Position numbers and translations under genes: made by a program
Shown here: in pieces, positions 1-9,965 of the stretch
Layout: each line of letters starts with the position of its first letter
Position numbering within the stretch: the first letter of the stretch is position 1
Source: Candidatus Iainarchaeum sp.
GTDB taxonomy: Archaea > Iainarchaeota > Iainarchaeia > Iainarchaeales > DTGL01
Assembly (NCBI GenBank): GCA_021163505.1
Contig: JAGGVE010000034.1
Coordinates: 11,726-75,725 of the forward strand
Direction: 5' to 3'
Length of the DNA stretch: 64,000 bases
Notes under the pieces: model-generated
The model's database searches: none
What the model saw: only the letters and a program-made list of their open reading frames with translations
What the model was told of the DNA's origin: nothing

Positions 1-104
1 TATTCAACGATGATATAAAAGCGGTTTATAAGAGAACTCCAGCAATCATCCCGCACAAATATAAAGCTGGTGCTTTTATAAGGACTCTGCCTGTTGGCGT
101 CGCT

Positions 105-1256
105 TTGGTTGGCGACCGCAGAGAGGAAACCAGCAGAGCATTCATAATGAAGATAAGGCCAAGGATGAGTCAGCATGAAGGCAGAGAAACGGAAACGATT
201 GAAACAAAAACTGTGCTGAGCAATGAGCAAGTGCTGAAACTCATAAGCTCGCTATATTGGGCAAGGTTGAAAAGGGATAATAAAGCAAAGATTGTGGAAA
301 TAGAAAGAACGCTGAATTCGCTAAACGCTAAATATAGCTCGAGTGTTGCATTGCAAGAGGTTCTTGAAGCACTTGAAGAGAAAGGAGCAAAAGTAGATGA
401 AGAGAAGGGAGTAATATTCCTTGAAGAAGAGGTACCAAAAGCGGTTGAAGAACATAGAGAAAAAGCGGAAGAAGTAGAAGCAGCTAGGGAATCAGCGCCG
501 GAGCGAGCTCTGCAAGCTGAGTCCGTAGAGCTACTTGCATTTCCAGTGCAGTGTTCAAGAGAAAAAGCCGAGGCCACAATGAGGAAAAAGCTCGCTAAGC
601 TGTTTGGGCTTATCCCTGGCAATGAAAGGCTAATTGAGGTGAATCTCAAATATATTCCAGTATACAGGGTAGAATTTAACTATTTCAATGAGCGGAATGC
701 TTTCAGGCAAAGTGTGCTGTTTATAAATTCTTATACTGGAGAATTCCTGCACTTCAAAGATGGGTTTGTGGAATCTAAAGGGCTTAAGGAGCTTTATGAA
801 TTGAATGATGCAGAAATAACTGTGCTGAATTTCTTAACGCAACCTTTAACCGCTCGGCAGGTGAGCAAAAAGGCATTCATGGATGAAAACAAGGTGAAAA
901 GAATATTGAAAAAGCTTGTCGAAAAGGAGCTTGTTAAAAGGATTGAAAAGAATGGAAGTATAATGTATTGCTTGAAGATGAAATTTGATTTGCCGAGGAG
1001 TCCATTGCATAGTTTGCACCTATCGCTTCAAAAGCTTCCTTTAGTGACTGCTGAAGTGCTAATGAAAGAGAAAGAAAGATACTCAAAGAAAGAAGTTCGC
1101 GAACTATTGCAAAAAATCTGGAAGAAGCTTGTTGTAACAGCTATAAAAGAAATCTATTGGCCTGTTTATGAAGGAATTATTGAAGATATAAAAACAGGCA
1201 AACGCAGAAGCATGCATGTAGATGCATTTACAGGCAAGGAGCTCCAGTTTGTTTAG
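105..1256 (+). CDS. hypothetical coiled-coil protein with C-terminal winged-helix-like region
   Basis: 383-aa ORF with an E/K-rich N-terminal half. C-terminal part ('LTARQVSKKAFMDENKVKRILKKLVEKELVKRIEKNGSIMYCL') resembles a wHTH. No recognisable enzyme motif. True start may be an internal Met (MKIRPRM). Confidence 0.4.
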   Translation: MVGDRREETSRAFIMKIRPRMSQHEGRETETIETKTVLSNEQVLKLISSLYWARLKRDNKAKIVEIERTLNSLNAKYSSSVALQEVLEALEEKGAKVDEEKGVIFLEEEVPKAVEEHREKAEEVEAARESAPERALQAESVELLAFPVQCSREKAEATMRKKLAKLFGLIPGNERLIEVNLKYIPVYRVEFNYFNERNAFRQSVLFINSYTGEFLHFKDGFVESKGLKELYELNDAEITVLNFLTQPLTARQVSKKAFMDENKVKRILKKLVEKELVKRIEKNGSIMYCLKMKFDLPRSPLHSLHLSLQKLPLVTAEVLMKEKERYSKKEVRELLQKIWKKLVVTAIKEIYWPVYEGIIEDIKTGKRRSMHVDAFTGKELQFV

Positions 1257-1873
1257 CGTTCTAACTGCACATTATCCTTGATGCTTTTTCTAACAAATAT
1301 GCCTGGATAAATAAAACAGTTTTTCCCTATTATCACACCACAATTTATACAAGCGTTTACGCCTGTTTTTGTACCAGATTTTATAAAAGCGCCTAATTTG
1401 CGCCTCTTGGAATCAACCTTGTTGCCGTAAAAATCAACTTTAACATTACAATCATCGAATCTTAAGTTTGCTATTTTTGTGCCAGCGCCAAGGTTTACAT
1501 TTTCACCTATTACTGAGTCGCCAACATATGAGAAATGCGGAACGTTGGTTTTAGAAAGTATTATAGAGTTTTTTATTTCAGAGTTTGTGATCTTGCAGTT
1601 ATCAGCTATAAGAACATTGCCGCGCAGATATGCATTAGGGCCGATTGTGCAGTTTTCACCTATGTGGGCATTTCCTTCTATTCGCGAACCTGCTTTTATT
1701 ACAGAACCTTTACCGAGAAAAAGCTTTCCATCTATATGAACATTCTTTTCAACTATACCAAGAACCTTTTCTTCTACTTCGATACTCTCAAGTTCGTCTA
1801 TGAGCTTCCAGTACTCTGGCTTTTCTTCATCCATAAGCTTTTTTGCCTTTGAAAAAAGTTGTAAGCAATTCAT
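1253..1873 (-). CDS. hexapeptide-repeat (LbH) acetyltransferase, equivalent to the C-terminal domain of archaeal bifunctional GlmU-like sugar-1-P nucleotidylyl/acetyltransferases
   Basis: Repeated [LIV]GxxxxI hexapeptide pattern (IGENCTIGPNAYLRGNVLIADNCKI...IGENVNLGAGTKIANLRFD). Only 206 aa, so no nucleotidyltransferase domain. Lies directly downstream of glmM/glmS. Confidence 0.7.
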   Translation of the reverse strand: MNCLQLFSKAKKLMDEEKPEYWKLIDELESIEVEEKVLGIVEKNVHIDGKLFLGKGSVIKAGSRIEGNAHIGENCTIGPNAYLRGNVLIADNCKITNSEIKNSIILSKTNVPHFSYVGDSVIGENVNLGAGTKIANLRFDDCNVKVDFYGNKVDSKRRKLGAFIKSGTKTGVNACINCGVIIGKNCFIYPGIFVRKSIKDNVQLER

Positions 1874-3210
1874 GCTCCCAGCTCCTTTCTTATTGCACTA
1901 GCGATATTTTCAGCTAACTCCTTTATTTCCTTTTCGTTTCTGCCCTCTAACATGACCCTAGCCAATTGCTCTGTGCCAGAATAGCGAACAAAAACTCTAC
2001 CATTGTTAGCTAGCCTATGCTCCGCTTCTTTTATTGCTTTCTGCACCGTTCGCACTTTTTCGAACGGAATCTTTCCCTTTACCGGAATATTAATAAGTAT
2101 CTGTGGATATGGTTTGAATATCTTCAGCAGCTTGCTCAGTGGTTTTGAGCTTTCTTTCATTATGCGCACCAATTGTAGAGAAGCTATTATTGCATCCGGG
2201 CTCGCGCAGTAGTCTCCAAATAGTATATGCCCTGATTGTTCACCACCCAAATTAATGCCATGCTCGCGCATTGCGCTTGCAACGTACTTATCGCCAACGT
2301 CTGTGCGCAAAACATTTATGCCAAGCTCGTGCAGGCATTCATCTAAAGCAAGGTTGCTCATCTTTGTTGCAACTATCGCGTTTTTGGTCAGCAACCCTTT
2401 TTCGAACATGTACTTTGCAAATATTGCTAAAAGAGCATCGCCGCTTGCGATATTGCCATTCTCATCACAAACAACCAAGCGATCGGCATCGCCATCAAAC
2501 GCAATACCTAAATTGGCGTTCCTCTTTTTCACTTCTTTTTGCATCGCTTGCGGATTCAAAGCACCGCAATCCTTATTTATGTTCAGGCCGTTTGGCTTAA
2601 CATTCAAAACAAAAACTTCAGCGCCAAGTTCAGCAAACACTTTTGGAGCAATCGCATAGCTTGCGCCGTTAGCACAATCTATAACAACTCGCATACCTTC
2701 AAGCGAATAATTTTCAATAGTGTTTTTTACAAGCTCTATGTAACGACCGCGAGCATCATCTATTCTATAGGCTTTTCCTATCTCGTTTCCGTTTTCAGAA
2801 TCATTTAAATTTGCAAATATTTGTTCTATCTCCTGTTCAGCGTTTTCATCAAGCTTGTAGCCCCGCTCATTGAATATCTTTATGCCGTTGTGCTCAGCAG
2901 GATTATGGGAAGCACTTATAACAATGCCTGCATTGCAGTTTAGCGATTTTGTTAAATGTGACACAGCTGGAGTGGGCATTGGGCCCACAAGTAAAACATT
3001 AGCGCCTGCCGAAAGTAAGCCTGCTGTTAGAGCATATTCTATCATATAGCCGCTTAGCCTAGTGTCTTTACCTATGACAACGCTTGCTTTAGGATTTTTC
3101 CTTTTAAGGAATACTCCAAGTGATTTGCCAATCCTTACAACTGTTGTAGGTTCAATGGGAAACTTGTTTGCGATGCCACGAATTCCATCTGTGCCAAAAA
3201 GCTTTTCCAT
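1870..3210 (-). CDS. glmM: phosphoglucosamine mutase / phosphohexomutase
   Basis: N-terminal 'GTDGIRG' and active-site 'SASHNP' phosphoserine motif. 446 aa, typical alpha-D-phosphohexomutase length. Adjacent to glmS. Confidence 0.8.
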   Translation of the reverse strand: MEKLFGTDGIRGIANKFPIEPTTVVRIGKSLGVFLKRKNPKASVVIGKDTRLSGYMIEYALTAGLLSAGANVLLVGPMPTPAVSHLTKSLNCNAGIVISASHNPAEHNGIKIFNERGYKLDENAEQEIEQIFANLNDSENGNEIGKAYRIDDARGRYIELVKNTIENYSLEGMRVVIDCANGASYAIAPKVFAELGAEVFVLNVKPNGLNINKDCGALNPQAMQKEVKKRNANLGIAFDGDADRLVVCDENGNIASGDALLAIFAKYMFEKGLLTKNAIVATKMSNLALDECLHELGINVLRTDVGDKYVASAMREHGINLGGEQSGHILFGDYCASPDAIIASLQLVRIMKESSKPLSKLLKIFKPYPQILINIPVKGKIPFEKVRTVQKAIKEAEHRLANNGRVFVRYSGTEQLARVMLEGRNEKEIKELAENIASAIRKELGA

Positions 3211-3219
3211 AAAAACACC

Positions 3220-4977
3220 TCATTTAACAGTTACAGATTTTGCAAGATTCCTTGGCTTATCTGGGTCAAGATTGCGTGAAAGCGCCAGGTAATACGCCAG
3301 GAGCTGTATAGGGATTATTGACAGAATCGAAAACAATTTTGATTTTGGGATAGCAAAGAAGTAATCAAAGCATTTCGCTTTTTCAGAGGAAACACCAATT
3401 ATAAAGCCGCCTCTTGATTTCGCTTCTATCGCATTGGTTATGCTTTCATCGCTAGCATCAGAAGCAAACGCAATAACAGGAACATTCTTTTCAATCAAAG
3501 CGATTGTTCCATGCTTCAGTTCAGCTGAAGCAAAGCCTTCGGCATGAATATAGCTAACCTCCTTTATCTTCAGAGCTGCTTCTAAAGCGGTTACAGCACT
3601 TTCTCGCTTGCCTATTATAAATATACTCTTGGCGTTTTTCAATTTCTTAGCAAGCCTTTTAGCTTTGCTCTCATTTGTCTTTATAATCGTGGGCACAAGC
3701 CTTGCCGCTTCGCTCAATTCTTTCTTTGCTTGCTCGTGTTTCTTTATGAGTGAATTCGCAAGCAGATAAAGTACTGAAAGCTGAGCCAAATAGCTCTTTG
3801 TTGCAAGCACACATATTTCCGGGCCTGCATTCATCATTATAGTTGCATCTGCCAAGCGAGTTAAACTTGAACCAACAACATTAACAATACCTATTACACT
3901 CGCGCCTTTTTCCTTAGCGCTCTTTACAGCTTCAAGTATATCAGCGGTTTCGCCGCTCTGCGATAATGCAATAACAACTGTTCTTTTATTCACAAGGTTT
4001 AGAAAGTTTTGGAATTCAGAAGCAAGTATCGCATTAGCCTGAATTGAAGCTATGCTTGCAAAGAAATAGCTCCCAAACATGGCAGCATGCATGCTTGTTC
4101 CACAGCCGATTATGAAAACTTTTTCAGCTTGCTTTATGAGCTTTGTAACTTTTTCAATCAAAGCATTGCTTTGCAAAGAAGCATTTTTTATAGCCTGCTC
4201 CTGCTCATATATTTCCTTGAGCATGTAGTGCTCAAAGCCTCGCTTATCAGCTGAATGAAGCTTTAAATCAATCTTCTTAACGGGTTTATTAATCCGCTTT
4301 CCTGTTTCAATATCGTAAACCTTTGCTTTGCGATTAAATTCAATGAGCTCTGAGTCTTCTAAGAACATCGCTTTTGTTGCATAAGGAGCTATCGCCTGCA
4401 TATCACTAGCAAGCAAAAAAGTGCCATTAGCAAAACCAGCAACAAGAGGCGAGCCTCTCCTAGCGCCAATTAAAGAGTTGTGCAGCTCAGAAATTGCTAC
4501 AATAGCATAGCTTCCTTTCAAATGTAACAATGCTTTTCTAACAGACTCTCTAAAGCATAGGTTCCTGCTTAAGTAGAGCTCTATAAGCATAGGTATTACC
4601 TCTGTATCGGTTTCTGTTGAGAAGGAGAAGCCTTTCTTTGCTAAAAAGTCTCTCAGCTCTTGAAAGTTCTCAATGACGCCGTTATGCACTACGGCAATCT
4701 TTCCATTTTGTGATATATGTGGGTGAGCGTTCCTTACGGAAATTTTGCCGTGAGTGGCCCATCGCGTGTGACCTATCGCACAAGAGCCGTAAAACATTTT
4801 TTTTGGAAGCTTTGTGATCTTTCCTGTGCGTTTGTATATAAGCAAACCGTCATTTTTTACAGCAAGCCCCCAGCTATCATACCCTCTATAATCTAACCTT
4901 TTCAACCCCTCGTAAGCGATTTTGCCTGCATTGCTATTCTTGCAGAGCACACCTATTATTCCGCACATAAGAACCAC
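3220..4977 (-). CDS. glmS: glutamine--fructose-6-phosphate aminotransferase (isomerising)
   Basis: Starts 'MCGIIG' (Ntn-hydrolase Cys2). 585 aa with tandem SIS domains and conserved C-terminal '...KSVTVK'-type tail. Confidence 0.9.
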   Translation of the reverse strand: MVLMCGIIGVLCKNSNAGKIAYEGLKRLDYRGYDSWGLAVKNDGLLIYKRTGKITKLPKKMFYGSCAIGHTRWATHGKISVRNAHPHISQNGKIAVVHNGVIENFQELRDFLAKKGFSFSTETDTEVIPMLIELYLSRNLCFRESVRKALLHLKGSYAIVAISELHNSLIGARRGSPLVAGFANGTFLLASDMQAIAPYATKAMFLEDSELIEFNRKAKVYDIETGKRINKPVKKIDLKLHSADKRGFEHYMLKEIYEQEQAIKNASLQSNALIEKVTKLIKQAEKVFIIGCGTSMHAAMFGSYFFASIASIQANAILASEFQNFLNLVNKRTVVIALSQSGETADILEAVKSAKEKGASVIGIVNVVGSSLTRLADATIMMNAGPEICVLATKSYLAQLSVLYLLANSLIKKHEQAKKELSEAARLVPTIIKTNESKAKRLAKKLKNAKSIFIIGKRESAVTALEAALKIKEVSYIHAEGFASAELKHGTIALIEKNVPVIAFASDASDESITNAIEAKSRGGFIIGVSSEKAKCFDYFFAIPKSKLFSILSIIPIQLLAYYLALSRNLDPDKPRNLAKSVTVK

Positions 4978-5154
4978 AAAATTTGTGTATTAATAAATTC
5001 TCTTGCAAAGTTTTTAAATCCCGCTAAAAATTGTATAAAACCACTAAAAAAGAATTAATAAAATGTTAAGCAAAAAACGCGTTATAAATAAAAAGGTTTC
5101 TTAATACTATTAAAAAATATTTAATAATGGTAAAAATTCTATTATGGTGGTATA

Positions 5155-6108
5155 TTGTTAGCGCGCGTATCTTTTCAAAAGGACAACAAATACTTCATAT
5201 GTGACGCTGAAGTGCTTGAATCTATAGAAAAGATAAAACCTCTGCTTAGCGAAAAATGCTGGCTGATATTCAAGGAGCTCGCGAAAAAAGAGAGCTACCC
5301 TGCCAAGCTAGCGAAGAAGCTGAATATGCAGCAGCAGGAGGTTTATTATTATATAAACAAGCTTCGCAATGCTAACTTGGTTGAGCTTACAAAGCGCGAA
5401 GAAAAGCGCGGCGGCTTGGCAAAGTACTATAAAGTCAAAACAAGCTGCTTTGCGTTCATGCCTGATTTTGGCTCTGGAAGCGTAGCAAAGGTTCAAGGTA
5501 TTGAAAAGGGCATGCCAAAACCATTGCAAAAGTTCTTCCATCCGTTCATAAAGGATCAGGAGTTGAATGCTAAAATAGTTGTTGGCGCTCCGGATTCGCA
5601 TGGTGAATTTAAAGCGAGGGCAAGAGACGCGCACATAGCTGTAGAACTTGCTGGCTTTTTGGGAACACTGTGCAAAAGCATTCGTTATCCTTTCGTATTT
5701 TTGGATACTATGCTTAAGCACATAAGTCAAATAAACGATAATATCATTGTAATTGGTGGCCCCATAACAAACAAAACAAGCCGCGAAGCTAACGAACACC
5801 TTTCAGTGAAATTCGAACAGAAAAATGCCCACTGGTTAATAAAAAGCGAGAACTCAGGCAAGGAGTATACAGAGGATTCCGTAGGCATAATTGAAAAAAT
5901 CGCACATCCGTACTTTGATGACAAGGCAATACTCTTTCTTGCAGGTAAGAGAAATGCTGGCACCAAAGCAGCGATACTCGCTTTGATCCAAAACACTGAA
6001 GAGATAATAAAGCCGAATCGCTTTAACAAGGAAAACCATGCGCATGTTGTTGAAGGTCTCGATTTGGACAGTGACGGCTTAATAGACCATGTGGAGATTT
6101 TGGAGTAA
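5155..6108 (+). CDS. hypothetical protein with N-terminal ArsR-like winged HTH
   Basis: N-terminus 'WLIFKELAKKESYPAKLAKKLNMQQQEVYYYINKLRNANLVEL' is wHTH-like. C-terminal about 200 aa has no recognised motif. Confidence 0.4.
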   Translation: MLARVSFQKDNKYFICDAEVLESIEKIKPLLSEKCWLIFKELAKKESYPAKLAKKLNMQQQEVYYYINKLRNANLVELTKREEKRGGLAKYYKVKTSCFAFMPDFGSGSVAKVQGIEKGMPKPLQKFFHPFIKDQELNAKIVVGAPDSHGEFKARARDAHIAVELAGFLGTLCKSIRYPFVFLDTMLKHISQINDNIIVIGGPITNKTSREANEHLSVKFEQKNAHWLIKSENSGKEYTEDSVGIIEKIAHPYFDDKAILFLAGKRNAGTKAAILALIQNTEEIIKPNRFNKENHAHVVEGLDLDSDGLIDHVEILE

Positions 6109-6204
6109 TGCTCCCAATCAGCAAATGGATTTCATCAAAGAAAAAGAATAAAAAGCCTCATTTCCTATATTAAAAGAAGCTAATAACGTGAAAGCGTGGT
6201 TTAA

Positions 6205-7005
6205 ATGCTAAATGCTATGTATGGCTCTCTGAAAGCGGTTTTGAAAAAACCGCATGGCCTAATAATTCCACTTGTCGCATCGCTCTTGAGCGCGTATTTT
6301 TTCATACTGTTTATTCGCACAATTATAGAAATATTGGTTGATAATGCATTGTATGCAAATACTTTGCAGGAAAGTGTTTTTGCAACACTGATGTTTATTG
6401 CGAAGGTAAAATCAGCAGAGTTGCTAAAGATCTTTGCACTAGCGCTTGCCAACTCATGGGTCGGCATTTTTATTGGGATTTATTATTGTAAGTTCATAGC
6501 TTTGGTTGAAAAAGCCAGTACTTTCAGCAAGGCGGTTAAGTTTGCATTTAAATCATTATGGCATTCAATAGCTCTGCTCATAATCAGTATTATCTTCTTT
6601 GCAGCATTTGGTGTTGGTGCTTACATAATAATGTGGCTTTTCGGATTCAATTTTTTGCTGAGCTTTTTTGCACTACTCTTTCTCGGCTTGCTTATGGCCA
6701 TAGCTGGTTTGCGCCTTTTTATGTTTGCTCTGCCTGCGCTTGCATACGAAAAAATAAATGCAAGGAAAGCACTGCAGAGAAGCTGGCATTTTACTGAAGA
6801 GTTCTTCTGGCAATCATTGGCTTTAGCAATTGTTCTTACTTTTGTAGTCTTCCTTATATTCGCGCTTCAGCAATATATTCTGAACTTCTTTGACGATACG
6901 CTTGCAATACTAATAATTTATTCTCTTTTTAATAGCTTTGTAGTAGCATTTTCCTTTGGCACTCTCAGCATATACTATGCGGAGAGCCGCACTAAAGCTA
7001 AATGA
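6205..7005 (+). CDS. polytopic membrane protein (at least 6 predicted TM helices)
   Basis: Long hydrophobic stretches throughout. Stop overlaps the start region of the downstream SMC-like gene, suggesting translational coupling. Confidence 0.5.
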   Translation: MLNAMYGSLKAVLKKPHGLIIPLVASLLSAYFFILFIRTIIEILVDNALYANTLQESVFATLMFIAKVKSAELLKIFALALANSWVGIFIGIYYCKFIALVEKASTFSKAVKFAFKSLWHSIALLIISIIFFAAFGVGAYIIMWLFGFNFLLSFFALLFLGLLMAIAGLRLFMFALPALAYEKINARKALQRSWHFTEEFFWQSLALAIVLTFVVFLIFALQQYILNFFDDTLAILIIYSLFNSFVVAFSFGTLSIYYAESRTKAK

Positions 7006-9965
7006 CAGCGATTCCCATGATGGAGCTTAAAGAGCTAAAGCTTAAGAACTTCAAATCATTTAAAAAGGCGAAGATACCCTTTAAGAGAGGATTCACCGTT
7101 ATTGTAGGCCCCAACGGCTCTGGAAAAAGCAACATATTAGATGCTTTGCTCTTTGTGCTTGGCGAAACTTCAATGAAAAGTTTGCGAGCATCACGCATAA
7201 CAGACCTAATAAACAACGCTACGCAAGAGAATTATGGCAAAGTTGAACTTAAAATAAAGAAAGGTAAAGAAACAACAACGATAAGCAGGACAATTGATAG
7301 GAAAGGCAAAAGCATATGCAGAATAAACGATGAACGAAAATCACTAAGCGAGCTAACTTCACTTGTTTCTGAATTGGGGTTAAGGAACAGCTACAACTTT
7401 GTTGCACAAGGGGATGTAACACGGATTATTGAAATGAGTCCTGAACAAAGAAGAACTATAATCGATGAGCTTGCAGGCATAAAGGAGTTTGAGCTCAAGC
7501 GCGAAGAAGCTCAAAAAAATCTAGATAAAGTCAATGAAAAGATAAAAGATGTGAATCTAGTTTTACACGAGAGATTGGCAAGGCTTGAAGAGCTCGAAAA
7601 GGAACGCAAACAGGCTGAGCGCTATAAAGAGCTAACTGAGCGGAAGGATTCAATAAAAGCAACCATTCTGAAGAAAGAGATAGATGCTATTAATGCGGAA
7701 GTGAAAAAGGCAAAAGAAAAACTAAAGAAGAATCGCGAAGCTCTCGAAAAAAAGGAGAAAGAAGCAGAGAAAATAAAGAAGAAAATTGCTGATTTAGAAA
7801 ACAAAAACGAAGCGTTATCCAACAAAATCCTTGCTGAGCAAGAGAAAGCGTTTGAGGAATTTGGCAAACAGATAGAAGAGCTAAAAGCAGAGGATAGAGT
7901 TTTAGAGGAGCAGATACTCTCACATAGAACAATGCTCAGCAAACTTGAACAACAAGAGAATGAGCTTGCTGAAGAACTGAAGGCTCTGCTCGAGCAAAAG
8001 AGAGCTGAACGAAAAAGCGTTAGCGCTTATGAAAAAGAACTTGGCGAGGTGGAAAAAGAAAGCTTACGCCTTGAGCAAAGGCTCAGAGCAGTTGAGGAAG
8101 AAGCAAAAGATGTAGAGGAAAGAATTGCAAGCATAGAAGCTGAAATTAGCAAAATAGAAGCAAACAGAGAAACACTTCAAGAAAAACTTATGGAAAAACG
8201 CGCTGAGCATAGTGAAATCAAAAAAGAGAACGAGATGCGCCAGCTAAGAATAAAAGAGCTCAAAGAAAAAATTCAGAGTTTAAAAGATGAGCAAGAGAAA
8301 TTTGCTAAGTTGAAAACACATATAAAACTCCTAGAAAGTAAGAATTTGGAGGCAATGCTAAAGCAACTAAAAGAGCGCGAGAACGCGCTTATAGGAAAAG
8401 AGAAAGAGCTTTTAGCGAGAATTGCGCAAACAAGAGAGGCCATTGAAAAGCTAAAAAAGGCAAGCTCGTTGTGCCCTGTATGCGAAAGCACTTTAAACGA
8501 GCGTAAAAAAAAGATACTAATTGAAAAAAAGAATAATGAAATAAAACGCTTCGAAGCACAACACAAAGACATTATAAAAAGACTGAAAGAGATCACTGAG
8601 CAAATTGGTGCGGTGGAAAAAGAGATTGAAAAGCTAAATGAATTAAAAAGAGAGTATGCGCGCTATGAAAATGTAGCCAATGAGCTCAAAGAGCTTGCCA
8701 ACGCGTTAGAAAACGAGAAAGCCCAGATAAAAGATTTGGGAGGCTTAGAAAGAGAGATTGGAAATATTGAAAAAGAGCTTGAAAGGCTCAAAGCTGAAAA
8801 AGAATTAAAGCTTGCTGAGCTCAAAGAGCTTGAGGTAAGTGAGGAACTTTCGCTTAGAACAAAGGCAACAGAACTAAAGCACAGGAAAGAATTCCTGAAA
8901 AATAATATAAAACATGCCAAACAAAACATTGAGAAGCTCGAAAGCGATGCAAGCAGAATTAGGGCACGTATAGAATCTATTGAAAAGGAGAAAGAAGATA
9001 TTGCAAAGGAGATTGAGGAAAAAAGTGAAAAGATTGAAAAGCTCAAAGAAAAATTGCTGAAGCTTGAAACTGAAAAAACCAAAAAGAGCGAATCATTAAG
9101 AGAACTAATAAATAAAAAGGAAAGCATCGCTACCCAAACTGAAAAGATGAGGCATAGCTTAGATTCTTTCGAATCCGAGAAAAGGTTGCTTGAAAGAGAA
9201 ATAAATGAAGCGAGAGTCGATATAGGAAAGAATGAGGTAAGGCTAGCTGACCTGGAGGAGGAACTGAAAAGTTTTCAGGGAGTTAGGTTCTTGATGGACC
9301 TCAGCCTGAAAGAGCTAAAGAAAGAGTTGCCAAAGATTGAAAAGGAATTAGGATCAATAGGCCCTGTAAATCTGCGAGCAGCAGAATCGATAAAGGAAGA
9401 AGAAGAATCACTGCTTGAGGTGAAAGAAAAGATTCAAAAGCTCGAGCGAGAGAGAGATGCAGTAATAGATATGATAAATAAGATAGAAGTGAAGAAAAAG
9501 GAGGTATTTATGAATTGCTTTAATTCTATAAGGAAAAACTTTGCAGAGATGTTTTATAATTTCTTTGAAGGCAATGCAGAATTAAAACTTACTGACTATG
9601 AAGATCCGAGCAATGCCGGACTGATCATAGAAGCAAAGTATAAAGGAAAGGCGTTACAGTCGATTGATAGTATGAGCGGTGGTGAGAAATCACTTACAGC
9701 ATTGGCGTTCATATTTGCAATACTGCTATATAAGCCTGCTCCGCTCTATGTTTTTGATGAAGCAGATGCTGCATTAGATGAGATAAACTCAGCAAAGGTC
9801 GCAAAAGCAATAAAGGAGTTCTCAAAGAAAGCGCAGATAATTGCAATAACTCACAACCATAATATAATAAGAGATGCTGACCAAATAATTGGGGTTACTC
9901 TGGCAAAGGACAAGTCAAGCGTTATTGGGCTGGACCTCAAGCAGAAGCTCTTGGAGAACGCTTAG
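7002..9965 (+). CDS. SMC-family ABC ATPase with a central CxxC zinc-hook instead of a hinge (SMC-like/Rad50-like hybrid)
   Basis: N-terminal head 'FKSFKKAKIPFKRGFTVIVGPNGSGKSNILDALLFVLGE...LRASRITDLI' has Walker A and an SMC-type Q-loop region. C-terminal head 'MSGGEKSLTALAFIFAILLYKPAPLYVFDEADAALD...IIAITHN' carries the SMC signature, Walker B and D-loop. About 650 aa of K/E-rich coiled coil lie between them, with 'CPVC' at aa 491-494 (nt 8472-8483), exactly mid-protein. Likely true start is MELKELKL at about 7020. Confidence 0.75.
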   Translation: MTAIPMMELKELKLKNFKSFKKAKIPFKRGFTVIVGPNGSGKSNILDALLFVLGETSMKSLRASRITDLINNATQENYGKVELKIKKGKETTTISRTIDRKGKSICRINDERKSLSELTSLVSELGLRNSYNFVAQGDVTRIIEMSPEQRRTIIDELAGIKEFELKREEAQKNLDKVNEKIKDVNLVLHERLARLEELEKERKQAERYKELTERKDSIKATILKKEIDAINAEVKKAKEKLKKNREALEKKEKEAEKIKKKIADLENKNEALSNKILAEQEKAFEEFGKQIEELKAEDRVLEEQILSHRTMLSKLEQQENELAEELKALLEQKRAERKSVSAYEKELGEVEKESLRLEQRLRAVEEEAKDVEERIASIEAEISKIEANRETLQEKLMEKRAEHSEIKKENEMRQLRIKELKEKIQSLKDEQEKFAKLKTHIKLLESKNLEAMLKQLKERENALIGKEKELLARIAQTREAIEKLKKASSLCPVCESTLNERKKKILIEKKNNEIKRFEAQHKDIIKRLKEITEQIGAVEKEIEKLNELKREYARYENVANELKELANALENEKAQIKDLGGLEREIGNIEKELERLKAEKELKLAELKELEVSEELSLRTKATELKHRKEFLKNNIKHAKQNIEKLESDASRIRARIESIEKEKEDIAKEIEEKSEKIEKLKEKLLKLETEKTKKSESLRELINKKESIATQTEKMRHSLDSFESEKRLLEREINEARVDIGKNEVRLADLEEELKSFQGVRFLMDLSLKELKKELPKIEKELGSIGPVNLRAAESIKEEEESLLEVKEKIQKLERERDAVIDMINKIEVKKKEVFMNCFNSIRKNFAEMFYNFFEGNAELKLTDYEDPSNAGLIIEAKYKGKALQSIDSMSGGEKSLTALAFIFAILLYKPAPLYVFDEADAALDEINSAKVAKAIKEFSKKAQIIAITHNHNIIRDADQIIGVTLAKDKSSVIGLDLKQKLLENA

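Noticed and set aside
170-1852. Antisense ORFs 170-649 and 1479-1852
   Set aside because: They sit inside the better-supported 105-1256 and LbH acetyltransferase genes, with low-complexity composition.
7622-9127. Several 80-150-aa Ser/Phe-rich ORFs antisense to the SMC-like gene
   Set aside because: They are low-complexity translations of the opposite strand of a K/E-rich coiled-coil coding region. They have no starts with a plausible context and lie entirely inside a well-supported gene.
7002-9965. Calling the hook-containing ATPase Rad50
   Set aside because: Head motifs ('GPNGSGKSNI.DA..FVLG', 'SGGEKSLTALAF.FAI') are SMC-type rather than Rad50-type, and no mre11 is adjacent. It is kept as SMC-like with a hook.
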